Shown: positions 24,649 through 37,059 of the stretch, piece after piece
Layout: each line of letters begins with the position of its first letter
How positions within the stretch are numbered: position 1 is the first letter of the stretch
Source: Dendrobates tinctorius
Lineage: Eukaryota
Direction: 5' to 3'
Assembly: GCF_039654945.1 (NCBI RefSeq)
Contig: NW_027361788.1
Span: 5,642,001 to 5,706,000 of the forward strand
Length of the DNA: 64,000 bases
Notes under the pieces: model-generated
The model's database searches: none
Told to the model about the DNA's origin: nothing
The model's input: the letters and a program-made list of their open reading frames with translations, nothing else
Program-made: the position numbers and the translations under genes

Positions 24649-25319
24649 ACCAAAAAAACCGCAGCGCACGAAAAACGCATAAGTGCTCATGCTAATGCGA
24701 ACATATGCGCACCCATGTTAAATATAGGGGGGAAAAACACATGCGCACGTATGCATTTTTTTGCAGCGCAAAAAAACGCAAATGTGAAACCAGCCTGAGA
24801 CACAGGAGGGGCAGAATGTGAGACACAGGGGGCAGGATGAGAGATACATGGTGCAGGATCATGGGGCAGGATGGATACGATGTACACAGATGGGGCAGGA
24901 TCTGGAGGTCATGTGGGGGCAGAATGGTTACTCATGAGGGCAGGATGAGAGAAAATATGGCTGGAGCCAGGATGGGGGATATTATTACCATAGGGGCTAA
25001 TTAAGGGATATTATTACTGCAGTGATGTATTTATTTTATTTTTTGAGGATTCTGTTCTAAATGGGGGGAGGTTCTGCTACTGTGCAGAGTGACACTATGT
25101 CACCTTTTTTTCTTCATCTGGTGTAGTGTAGAAGTTGGGAAAAAAATTAAGTAATGTGTTCTGCAAGTGGAGCACTAGATAACTGTTATTTCCTGCAGAG
25201 GCAAGCCCTGGCTGCAAGACGTGATGGTGGTCTGTGCTGGATGAAAGATGAAAAGCAAAGATGAAGGACTTTACCTAGAGACGTCACTGCTGAGTCAGTA
25301 TGTTACCTTACAATGATAC

Positions 25320-25820
25320 TATACACTATATACAGAGGTCCTGTGCATAATGTCACCGGTGATCACTGTATTACCTGTACACTGACACTATATACAGAGT
25401 TCCTGTGTATAATGTCACTGGTGATCACTGTATTACCTGTACACTGACACTATATACAGATTTCCTGTGTATAATGTCACTGGTGATCACTGTATTACCT
25501 GTACACAGACACTACATACTAAGTACAGATCTCCTGTGTATAATGGCACTTATGGTGATAGTAATATGCTTTTTTATTAATGATCATTATTGTAGTATCC
25601 AGTCACCATGTTCTGGTAATATGTGGTCTGGTCATGGTGCGGTGGTATTTGTCCCTTGTATGTGCTATTATTCTGTCACTGGTGGTAATATGTGGTCTGG
25701 TCATGGTATGGCTGCATTTGTTCCTTGTATGTGGTATTATTGGTCACCATGTGGTGGTAATATGATGTCTGGGCATGGTGTGGTGGTATTTGTCCCTTTG
25801 GATGTGATATTATTGGTCAT
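25320..25820. repeat. Tandem repeats (~62-bp then ~70-bp units)
   Basis: Repeated GGTGATCACTGTATTACCTGTACAC and GGTAATATGTGGTCTGGTCATGG. Confidence 0.8.
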
Positions 25821-26689
25821 TTTAAAAATTGAAAAATAAATAAAAAATATACCTAAATTGTATTGGATATTTTAGCAAATGTTTAATAGGTTAGCGTAGG
25901 GTAGGGCCCAGCCAATAGAGTCTACCTTGTCGTGGTGGCAGACTTAAAAAATATTTTGGCCATAACAAGAGCTGCTGGCTATGTGTGTGATCTGGAGATG
26001 GGAACTGTTAATGTGTGATTGGTGAGAAGTGGAGTTTTTCCAAGAGAGAGCGGTGGGGCTGTGGACAGTTCGAGGGGTGGAGGGCGGAGCTGGGGTGGAG
26101 CCTGGGCGGAGGTTCAAGGGGTCCCTGAAAATTTTGCCAGTATGGGGCCCTGAATTTCCTAGTGGCAGCCCTGCTTGCATCGGCAGTGTTCCATCAATAT
26201 CGGTGCTGGGTCTCCATGGACTTTGCCACTTGAGCTCGGCAGCCAATCAGTGAGTGCAAATTGGTTGCTCTGATCTCACTTCTTCCACTTGTCCAACATT
26301 CGTCCAAGGAAGGTTTGAGTACAGCAGCCCAATAGTGGCCACTCTTTGGCTGCAGGGCTCACATGGTTTAACAACATCATGGGATACCCATCTCAGACAT
26401 AGCTGGAAGGATCCACATGTGGTAGATAAGTATCTGTTTGTTTTCTACAAGGGGAACTTCTTTTTTAAAACGTATGGACATTCTCGTTCAGTTAAAATGA
26501 CATGCCAACCTGATTGTCGTTTTCTGAGAGCCATACTTGAGAAAAAATCTTTCTATTGGGCTATATTAAACTGTTTTTTTGCATTGTGACCTGTAGTTTT
26601 TATTGTTGCCATTTTGGGGTACATATGACATATATATAGAATGGATCAGTCACGGAACCAGTGGTATGACCATTTCTGCAAAATGTCCC

Positions 26690-26830
26690 AGCAGCCGTTT
26701 CCCAACACAAACACAGTCAGGCCATCTGTTGCTCATACTGCTGTGAGCAACCTCCGTGGGCTAAATGTGCTCCCATGGCCTGCAGAGTCTCCGGACTTGT
26801 GTTCCATCGAGCACACATTGGTCGGAAATT
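26690..26830 (+). pseudogene. Old Tc1 transposase remnant
   Basis: LNVLPWPAESPDLCSIEH matches the Tc1 WP.SPDLNPIE motif. Confidence 0.7.
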
Positions 26831-27959
26831 GCAAAATGATATGCCAGCAGTGGATCATCATGATTTGTCGATTGAATTCCGCGCCACAGAACGTTCGCAA
26901 TACATCAATTATTACGCTCACTGATATTTTTTTTCATGTAATTTCCATACTTCCAGGGCTTTTACATCTTAACATTATTGCAATTTCAATGATGAGCAGT
27001 ACACACACAAATATATGCATGTATGTATGTTAATTTGGAAAATTATTATATGTTTGACTTATTCTGTAATCTAAGCACTATTATTGTAACATAACTGTAA
27101 AAAAAAGTCATGGACTGCAAATCCAAATGTTGTACATTGATCTACTTTGGCTACGCAAAATTTACGGAACTGAACACAAGATTCTTGGCTAACATTGATC
27201 AAAATATATGATCCCACTACCATGTCACGGTTAACCTCTGTGGGTCTCTAAAATGCCAGGCGTAGCGCTGTGCTATTATTTTCACTTCAGCTATTATCAT
27301 AGTTGAAGTAAAACTAATCTTTCTCGTAACTAAAAATTTAAGAAATAGCACCAAGAACTCGAAGAAATACTAAGACCATTAGCAAATGCAAATATTAGAT
27401 CAGAGAACTAAAATAACTCCTTCAAGATATCAGCACTGGCTTTTTTGAGACAACTGTATGGAGTTGTTTTAAGCCTTTACAATTCAAAAAAATCCATAAA
27501 AATGATGCGTGTGAAACATATAGGGGATGGGTAGAGTTTATCGTGAGGGTAATTTTAAATATCCTTTTTGCCTAGGACTTTATTGTCTTCATTTAGGACA
27601 AGTGTATCAAAGTGTTGCTTAATATTTGCTATGCAGGGTTTAGTTTCCACTTTTTATACTATTTCTCCACTGGAGTGAGAAGTCTGACTTTTTTGCTACT
27701 TAAACAAAAGTTGCTGTTCAGAAGTGTGGGTTAAACTTATTTGCATAGTTAACCATGCCCCCATTCCCATTCACTTTTCAAAAGTGGCCAGAGCAGCATG
27801 AAGTAGCGAAAAGTGGTTAACGAAACTGCAAAAGGCGATGAAACGCACGTTGAAGTGCTGGTGAGCAACCCATACATCCATCTCATCATGGCCACAGGTA
27901 ATGGATCATGTTATTGATTGTTGTAGTATCCTCTGTGATCTACCTGTGCCATTTATATA

Positions 27960-29510
27960 CAGTTGTGCTCAAAAGTTTACATACCCCTTCAGAATTTCTG
28001 CTTTCTTGGCCTTTTTTCAGAGAATATGAAGGATAACACCAAAACTTTTTCTCCACTCTTGGGTAGCGGTTGAGCGAAGCCATTTATTGTCAAACTAATG
28101 TTTTCTCTTTTTAAATCATAATGACAACCCAAAACATCCAAATAATCCTGATCAAAAGTTTATATACTCCATTTCTAAATACCATGTATTGCCACCTCTA
28201 ACATCAATGACAGCTTGAAGTCTTTTGTGGTAGTTGTGGATGAGATTCTTTATTTTCTCAGATAGTAAAGCTGCCCACTCTTCTTGGCAAAAAGCCTCCA
28301 GTTCCTGTAAATTCTGGGGCTGTCTAGCATGAACTGCGTACTTGAGATCTCCCCAGAGTAGCTCAATTATATTGAGGTCAGGAGACTGAGATGGCCACTC
28401 CACAACCTTCACTTTGTTCTGCTGTAGCCACTGACACGTCAACTTGGCCTTGTGTTTTGGATCGTTGTCATGTTGGAACGTCCAAGTACATCCCATTCAC
28501 AGCTTCCGGGCTGATGATTGCAAATCTGCCTCCAGTATTTGCGGATAATGTACTGCATTCATCTTTCCTTCAACTTTGACCAAGTTTCCTGAGCATTTGT
28601 AGCTCACTCATCCCCAAAACTTCAGCGATCCACCTCCGTGCCTTACAGTAGGAATCGTGTTCCTTTCATCATAGGCCTTGTTGATCTCTCTCCAAATGTA
28701 ATGTTTCTGGTTGTGACCAAAAAGTTCAATTTTGGTCTCATCACTCCAAAATACCTTGTTCCAGAAGTTTTGAGGCTTGTCTCTGTGCTGTTTTGTGTAT
28801 TTTACGCTATATACTTTGTGGCATTTGAGCAGTACTGGCTTTCTTCTGGAGACTCAAACATGCAGCCCATTTTCCTCAAGTGCCTCCCTATTGTGCATCT
28901 TGAAACAGCCACACCGCTAGTTTTCAGAGAGTCCAGTATTTCAGCTGATGCGATGTGTAGGTTTTTCTTTGCATCCTGAACAATTTTCCTGGCAGTTGTG
29001 AACAAAATTTTTGTTGGTCTACCTGACCATGGTTTTGTTTTTACAGAGCCCCTGATTTTCCATTTGTTAATCACAGTTTGAACATTGCTGACTGGCATTA
29101 TCAATTCCTTGGATATCTTTTTGTATCCCTTTCCTGTTTCATACAGTTCAATTACCTTTTCGCGCAGATCCTTTGACAATTCTTTCCCCATGACTCACAA
29201 TCCAGAAATGTAGGTGGCTGGATGAAAGATGCAAGAGCCTGTCTGGATCCCAGAAACTCACTCAGCTTTTATGCACACACACTGATTACAAGCAAACAGG
29301 TCACAGGTGAGAATGTTACCTTTAGTAGCCAGTCAAACCCATTTGTGTCAACTTCTGTGCATGTTATCAGGCCAAAATCACCAGGGTATGAAAACTTTTG
29401 GTCAGGGTCATTTGGATGTTTTGGGTTGTCATTATGATCTAAAAAGAGAAAACACAGCAGTTTGACAATAAATGGCTTCACCCAACCACTAACCATGAGT
29501 GGAGATAAAG
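27960..29510 (-). mobile_element. IR/DR-type Tc1 transposon; right IR truncated
   Basis: TA-CAGTTGTGCTCAAAAGTTTACATAC terminus; inner direct repeat at ~28150; partial inverted copy at ~29385-29510. Confidence 0.92.
28176..29191 (-). pseudogene. Tc1 DD34E transposase, frameshifted
   Basis: ELSKDLREKV..GYKKISK..SGRPTKI; WSDETKIELFG; FQHDNDPKH; WPSQSPDLNIIE. Confidence 0.93.
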
Positions 29511-30059
29511 TAGCGTGAGGTTGGCCATGAGGGCGCCGACCCGTGCACCAAAGCCGCGTTTCCCATAATGCTTCCAGTGCCTTTTCTCAGCCAATCATCA
29601 AGGACGCACACTGTGGGCAACGCGATGACATGGGCAGCGGCCACCACCATCTTAGAGAAGGGCATTCGTGTGATTGGCTTGCTTTGTGTGGCATCACAGT
29701 GGCTATAAAAGCCTTGTCCGCCGACCACCATTTTACTTCTGCCGATCTTAGCATAGGGAGAGGTTGCTGCCGCTGATTCTCAATAGGGAGAGCATTAGGC
29801 AACAAAGAAAAAAAATCTGTGCTTCTTGTGATAGCGATTTCAACTGTACAGTTAGTGTGCAGTGACAGGGGAAGATTTTTGTGTGTGCAGCAGCGCTGGT
29901 GGTTATTAGGCTGCCTTATAAGGCTACCTGATAGCTGCATTGCTGTGTGCACACTGCTGTTTAGACTGCTTTTTTCAAAGCAAAAATACTTTTATTCTGA
30001 TTTCCTGCAGAGTTAGAGAGCGTTCATTTTTTCACACACCGTATAGAGGTGTACACTCC

Positions 30060-31680
30060 TCACACACTACTGTGTACCGGCTGGTATCACGGACATATAC
30101 ATGCTATCTGTGTGTGACTCCGTAAAAAAAAATGGAGATTTTAAATTTTCCATACATACACCGTATAGAGCTGTCCGCTTCTCAAACAGTATCGTATATC
30201 TGCTGTTTGTATAGCGGTCAAATCTATACAGAGACAGCGTGTGTGTGTGAGACTCAGTAAATTTATATACGGACATTTCAATTTTTCCATACACTGTATA
30301 GAGCTGTCCGCTTCTCAAACAGTATCATATATCTGCTGTTTGATTACTGTCAAATCTATACAGAGACAGCATGTGTGTGTGACTCTGTAAAAAAATAGAC
30401 GGAGATTTAAAATTTTCCATACATACACCGTATAGAGCTGTCCGCTTGTCAAACAGTATCGTATATCTGCTGTTTGTATTGCGATCAAATCTATACAGAG
30501 GCAGCGTGTGTGTGTGAGACTCAGTAAATTTATATACGGACATTTCAATTTTTCCATACACTGTATAGAGCTGTCCGCTTCTCAAACAGTATCATATATC
30601 TGCTGTTTGATTACTGTCAAATCTATACAGAGACAGCATGTGTGTGACTCTGTAAAAAAATAGACGGAGATTTAAAATTTTCCGTACATACACCGTATAG
30701 AGCTGTCCGCTTGTCAAACAGTATCGTATATATGCTGTTTGATTATGGTCAAATCTATACAGAGACAGAGTGTGTGTGTGACTCCGTACAATAATAGACG
30801 GAGATTTAAAATTTTCCATACATACACCGTATAGAGCTGTCCACTTGTCAAACAGTATCTTATATCTGCTGTTTGATTATGGTCAAATCTATACAGAGAC
30901 AGCGTGTGTGTGTGACTCCGTAAAAAAATAGACGGAGATTTAAAATTTTCCATACATACACCGTATAGAGCTGTCCGCTTGTCAAACAGTATTGTATATA
31001 TGTTGTTTAATTATGGTCAAATCTATATAGAGACAGCGTGTGTGTGTGTGACTCCGTTAAAAAATAGACGAAGATTTAAAATTTTCTATACATACACCGT
31101 ATAGAGCTGTCTGCTTGTCAAACAGTATCGTATATATGTTGTTTAATTATGGTCAAATCTATATAGAGACAGCATGTGTGTGTGACTCCGTTAAAAAATA
31201 GACGAAGATTTAAAATTTTCTATACATACACCGTATAGAGCTGTCCGCTTGTCAAACAGTATCGTATATCTGCTGTTTGATTATGGTCAAATCTATACAG
31301 AGACAGCGTGTGTGTGTGACTCCGTAAAAAAATAGACGGAGATTTAAAATTTTCCATACATACACCGTATAGAGCTGTACGCTCCTCACACACTACCGTG
31401 TACCAGCTGGTATCACGGACAAATACATGCTATCTGGGTGTGACTCCGTAAAAAGATAGACGAAGATTTTCATTTTTCCATACATACACCGTATAGAGCT
31501 GTTCGCTTGTGATACAGTACCGTATATCTGCTGATTGGATTACGGTCAAATACATACTGGGAGAGCGTCTGTGACTAAGGAAATAAATACGGAGATTTAA
31601 ATTTTTACCTACATCTTATACAGCTGTACGCTCCTCATACAGTACCATATATCTGCTGGTATTTTTGTTACATTTTCACA
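30060..31680. repeat. ~134-bp tandem array (about 12 units) upstream of the hAT ORF
   Basis: TATAGAGCTGTCCGCTT recurs about every 134 bp. Confidence 0.92.
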
Positions 31681-31683
31681 AAT

Positions 31684-34600
31684 ATGAGGAAGTATGGTGG
31701 AAGAGGCCGCCAACGTGGGCGGGGGGCAGCTGGTACTGATGGTGGTGGTGGTGCATCTGCTGGTTATGCCAAAAGCACAATAGCAGCTAAGACAGGAGGT
31801 GTTGAGCCTGCGTCATTGTCTGGCACAAGAAGGTCTGTAAGGTTCCCTTTTCTGGGAGTAGGAAAACCGCTTTTAAAGCCAGAGCATCAGGAACAGGTTT
31901 TGGCTTACATTGCCGAAACAGCCACCAGCTCTATTGCCTCCTCTTCTGAACTTTCAAAACCTGCAAGCACTGAGTCGTCAGTGCAGGGTTCTGGTCAGGA
32001 AAAACACCTTTCCTTGTGTCCTTCACCCCCACCAAAAGTGAAGGATGCGGAAGCCCACACTTCAGATTACTCCATGGAGCTCTTTTCACATACCATGCCT
32101 GGGTTATCCAGTCAAATCCTGAATTCCCCAGTCCAAGATGAATCTGACATGGAGTGCACTGATGCAGAGCCACTGCTAGATGATTCTGCTGATACATTGA
32201 CCCACAGCACTACATTGCCCTCGCAGAATCTGACCCTGATGATACTCAGGTGCCCCTTCCCGCATACTATACCACCTTACATGGTGACACAGAGGAAGGT
32301 GCAGATGAAATTGAAGAGGAGGTGATGGATGACCCAGTTGTTGACCCGGATTGGCATCCATTGGGCTAAGAGGGTGTCGCTGTCAATAGCTCAGATAAGG
32401 AGAAGGATCCGCAGCAGGCATCGACATCGCAGCAGCGGTTATCTGGCAGGCCCGTAGCTGTCCAAATACGTGGAACAAAAACCAAAAGAGTTGCAGGACA
32501 GCTTGGCCAAACGGTCAAATTAGCACAGCGTGCAAGCCCTGAAAATTTATACCATAGTAGGAAGAGTGCAGTGTGGCACTTCTTTGTCCAAAATCCTACT
32601 GATGAGGCAAAGGTAATCTGTAAGAAGTGGGGAAGGACCTTTAGCCGAGGGAAAAATCTCAGAAATTTGAATACCAGTTGCATGCTTAGACATTTAACCA
32701 CCATGCACTTGCAAACGTGGATGGACTACAAAACCTCAGGTACCACATGTGCACCTGCTCCGACTGAAGGTAGCCAGCAACGCTGCATCGCTTCCCCCAC
32801 TGTAAGACCACCGCCACCGGTAAGCACACCACCAGCAATAAATGTTGAGGTGTCGTCGCAAGGCCAAAGCAGTCAGGGAATCACAATGGTTTTGCAGCGA
32901 AACACTGAATCTAGGCCATCACCACCAACACCATCACCATCACCAACCTCCTCTCAGTCCGTCCGGTCCACCGCTAGTTCCCCATATGCAGCTCTCAAGT
33001 CCAGCTCACCCTAGCAGACACTCTGAGTAGGACAAGAAAGTACTCATCCTCTCATCTGTGTACACTGGCTTTGAACGCCTACATTGCCAAACTGATCTCA
33101 TTAGAGATGATGCCTTTTCATTTGGTTGAAAGCGAAGCTTTCCGAGAGCACATGGCCTACGCTGTCCCATGCTTTGACCTACCCAGTCGGCACTTCTTTT
33201 CTCGAAAAGCCATCCCTGCCCTCCTCCTGCATGTGAAAGACCGCATTGTCCATGCACTCAAACAATCTGTGAGTGGAAAGGTGCACCTCACAACAGATGC
33301 ATGGTCCAGTAGGCATGGCCAGGGCCGTTACGTGTCCATCACTGCGCACTGGGTTAATGTGGTGGATGCAGGCTCCACAGGGGACAGCGGAGGTGGAACA
33401 GTGCTGCCTAGCCCCCTTTATAGGAAACAGTTGGCTGTAGGCGTTCGACCCTCCTCCTCCATAAGCAAAAGCTCTTCGACAGAGCGCAGTCGCACAAGCA
33501 CTCCATCTGCAGCTGCCAGTGTTGCACACGAGGTGTCCCACTATCAAACAGCTAGTGGTAAGCGGCAGCAGGCTGTTGTAAAGATGATGTCTTTGGGCGA
33601 CAACAGACACACCGCGGAGGTACTGGCCGACTACTTGCAGCGACAAACAGAGTCATGGCTGTGCAGTCTACATCTTGAGCCAGGCCAGGTAGTCAGTGAT
33701 AACGGCAGGAATTTTCTGGCAGCCATAGCACTTGCAAAACTCACACACATACCTTGCCTCGCTCACACTTTGAATCTGGTGGTGCAGTGCTTCCTAAAAA
33801 ATTTTCTGGAGTTAACAGCCCTGCTCCATAAGGTGCGAAGACTGTGTTCGCACATCCGTCACTCGCCCGTACACTCCAGTCGTATGCAGAACCTGCAGCG
33901 ATTGCTCCACCTCCCCAAGCACCGCCTAATCATAGACGTTGCAACAAGGTGGAACTCCACCCTGCACATGGTTGAGAGGCTGTGCGAACAGAGGCAGGAT
34001 GTAATGCATTTGTGGGAGGATACACGGGCAGGCAATTTGAGGGCAGACATGGAGTTGTCGGGTGTGCAGTGGTCAAAGCTGAAAGACCTCTGTAAAGTCC
34101 TTCAGTGTTTTGAGGAATGCACACGGCTGGTAAGCGCAGACAACGCCATCTGTTATGAATGGGAAACCGAGGAGGAAAAAAAAGACAACAAGCTAAGTCT
34201 CAGAAAACCAGAGAAGTTGGTAACTATGCAGATTGCAGATCCCTGATCTTACCTGCACAACTAGCAGCAGTTGTGGAGCGTTCCTACGTTGGTCCTAGAC
34301 GCCTCGTCACAACCAGAGAACTACATAAGCCTAAAGCAGGAAAAGAGGAAAACTAATTGCCCCAGAGCAGACCCCAAAGGAAAGACAGCCCCCCACATGT
34401 ATTGACGGTGAAACAAGATGAAAATACAAACAAAGGCAGAAAAAATAGGCTGAGCAAACGATGGGGCCCGGCTAACTAAAAAGGACAGAAAAGGAAAGAC
34501 ACTGTCTGCAATCTGCCAAAAAAAAACCTACAAAAATATTGTCCAAGACTTCTGATAGCAAAATTAACCCTGAAGTCACTAGACTTCTAAACCTATATCA

Positions 34601-36070
34601 GCACTCTGAAATATTCTGAGACAGAGCAAAAAAAGAGGCCAATCTAATAAGGGACAAAAAGCAGATTGGCAAATACTGATTAATAGGAGTGGAATTTCAG
34701 TATAGCCCCAGCAGAGGCAGGCTGATTACACAAAAAACAGAATTGACCAACAAGAGCAAGTGAGAACATTAACAAAAAACAAACTTAACTTGAGAAGACT
34801 GGAAGAGAGCTGAAGTCCAGGACCTGAGAAGCAGACTGAATCACCAGCACCCGGATAGGGCGTCGGCTGTCTTATATCCAGTCTGATACTCCAGAGATCC
34901 AATCGCTATCTTCCTCATGAGGTGGCAGATCACTACCACTTAAACCAACCGCACTACCTCCTGTCACCTTTAGAGGGAGAACAGAAGGGGAACTCTCAAC
35001 TGGTGGAGCAGAAAATGAGTTCATCATAAGCATGAGCATCCCACTTATGCGTCATCTCATGCAAAGTTTGACGCACATTAAGGATCAGGCATCTGCAGAG
35101 GAGGAGGAATAGGAGGAGGAGGTGGAGGGAAGCCTTGATAACAGTAAGCCATTGTCTGGTCAGGGAACTGTCCTGGATGAGGTGGAGGAAGAAGAGGAAG
35201 AGGAGGATGAGAGGGATGATTATTTTGTGGAGGAGGATGCTTGTCAGGGGGCAAGAGAAAATGTTGGCGTGGCAAGGTCAGGTACAGGGCTTGTGCGTGA
35301 CAGGAGGGATGTGGATTTGCCAGAAAGTGCTCCTCCACCCACCACTGCCATTGCATTATTGACACCTGGAACATTGGCCCACATGTGTGATTATGCCTTG
35401 CGGATCCTAAAAAAGGACTCCTGCATTGCCAAAATGATGAAGGATGACGACTACTGGTTGGCCAGCATCCTCGATCCACGCTGTAAAGGAAAATTACACA
35501 ACATCATGCCACAGGAGAACCTAGAGATAATATTGGCTAACAAACAAGCAACTCTGGTAAACTGTTTGTTTGAGGCATTCCCAGCACACAGCAGCGGTGC
35601 TGGTTCTCCCACGAGCCGTAGTGGGCAAAATGGAAGAGGTATTCGTGGTGCACACAGCCGAAGTGGCGTTGGAGACAGGGGTTTCATGACCATGTTGTGG
35701 ACTGATTTCTCAAGTACCGCTCACACAACTGGTAATACTGCATCGATTGCAAGTGACAGGAGACAGCAGTTGTCAACTATGGTTACAAACTACTTCTCCC
35801 ATATCAATGTTCTCCCTCACAGGTCATTGTCCTTTGACTATTGGGCCTGTAAACTGGACACCTGGCCTGAATTAGCACAATATGCCTTACAGGAACTCGC
35901 TTGCCCTGCTGCTAGTGTGCTATCTGAAAGAGTCTTCAGTGCTGCTGGATCAATCCTGACAGAAAAAAGGACCGTCTGTTGACCCAAAATGTTGATGATC
36001 TAACCTTCATTAAAATGAACCATGCATGGGTTTTAAAGGATTTTGTCCCACCTTCCCCTGATGACACATA
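31684..36070 (+). pseudogene. BED-finger hAT transposase (ZBED-like), frameshifted and interrupted
   Basis: BED finger VWHFF...ICKKW...MLRHLTTMH; TTDAWS; VSDNG; CLAHTLNL; DVATRWNST; dimerisation domain WPELAQYAL..ACPAASVLSERVFS. Confidence 0.93.
34151..35021. mobile_element. Solo-LTR-like insertion in the hAT ORF
   Basis: Starts TGTTATGA; removing it restores DNAI|ISMSIPL; CCATC/TCATC flanks; right terminus degenerate. Confidence 0.7.
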
Positions 36071-36725
36071 GGTTGCCAGAAATTTGGCTCGCTTTTGTCC
36101 TCCTCTTCCTCGGACTTGTCCGATTCCTCCATTTGCAGCTGCTGAATGTACAGCCTACACATAAACATATGCCATTTTTTCAACCTCCCTAACTGGGCTG
36201 CCCCCCCAAGGGCTGGAGTCACCAGCTGGCGCACCCGGGCAAGTGCTGTTGCTCTGAACTGGTGGGTAGGACCACTCTTTGCTGACGGCACTGGCACAGG
36301 GCCCCTCATAGTACAATACAGTGTCTCTGATGGTGGGGGGGCCCACTCACCGTCAAACACACCGGCGTACTATGAGGGGCCCTGTGCCAGTATCGTCGCC
36401 CACGAGTGGGCCCCGCCTGCTTGGTCATGGCCACAGCACTTGCAAGTTGCAATACTTACCTGCTCCACCGCTGTGTAGTCTGGCCAGTTAAATCCTTCAC
36501 AGGGACGGCCACTAGAAATTTGGTGGATTGATCGATGATGGTTAAGATGTAGCTATGGCCTGTTCTGCTGGCCTCTATCTTCAGATGATCAATGGCTACC
36601 ATTTGTAATGGACGTCAACTCACAATCGGATGTAGTGGTGCTTTATGATCAGCTTTCACAGTTTTCCTAGTCACAGATGTATGACATTCCTGCCACCATT
36701 TTTCAATGTCTCCTCTCATGCCAAT

Positions 36726-37040
36726 CTAATAGAATCGCCTACGGCTTGTGGCTTCTGTCTTTTGCACTCCAAAGTGCCCAGACACATCATGATAGGCAGT
36801 GAGGACCATGTCTACATCTCTCCCTGTGATCACAATTTGATGGAGACGAGTAACGGTGATGGGATCCACGCTACTGCGATACAGCAATCCTTTCTTCACA
36901 AATAACCGTTTTCGCTGTCTCCACAGACAAAGTAATTGAGGGTCAGCATCGCCTCTGCGAAATCTACCGGGAGGTTTTCCCATGATTAGTAATTCCCAAA
37001 TTTCTGCAAACACTCGAATTTCTGTTTGTACTTGTATCCA
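36726..37040 (-). pseudogene. Isolated Gypsy integrase zinc-binding fragment
   Basis: LWRQRKRLFVKKGLLYR...VLTAYHDVSGHFGVQKT..RRRFY. Confidence 0.78.
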
Positions 37041-37059
37041 TCTAGCTTTTAGTAGCGGA

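Larger units (their letters stand above)
20337..24795 (+). mobile_element. PIF/Harbinger DNA transposon with convergent nuclease and MADF/Myb-SANT genes
   Basis: TIRs GGCTACTTTCACACTTGC / GCAAATGTGAAACCAGCC; TAA/TGA 3-bp flanks; AAAACGC subterminal repeats. Confidence 0.93.
12471..26173. mobile_element. Non-autonomous hAT-type element with internal minisatellites, hosting nested Gypsy and Harbinger elements
   Basis: TIRs CAAGGCCGCCATCAG / CTAGTGGCAGCCCTG; 8-bp TSD CTTGCATG/CTTGCATC; GGGGCCC subterminal motifs; minisatellite continues across both insertions. Confidence 0.82.

Noticed and set aside
27815-27900. Possible second hammerhead (GAAACGCACGTTGA)
   Set aside because: No upstream CUGANGA core or stem II
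30060-31680. CRISPR-like periodicity
   Set aside because: Whole units repeat with no unique spacers, there are no cas genes, and the context is eukaryotic
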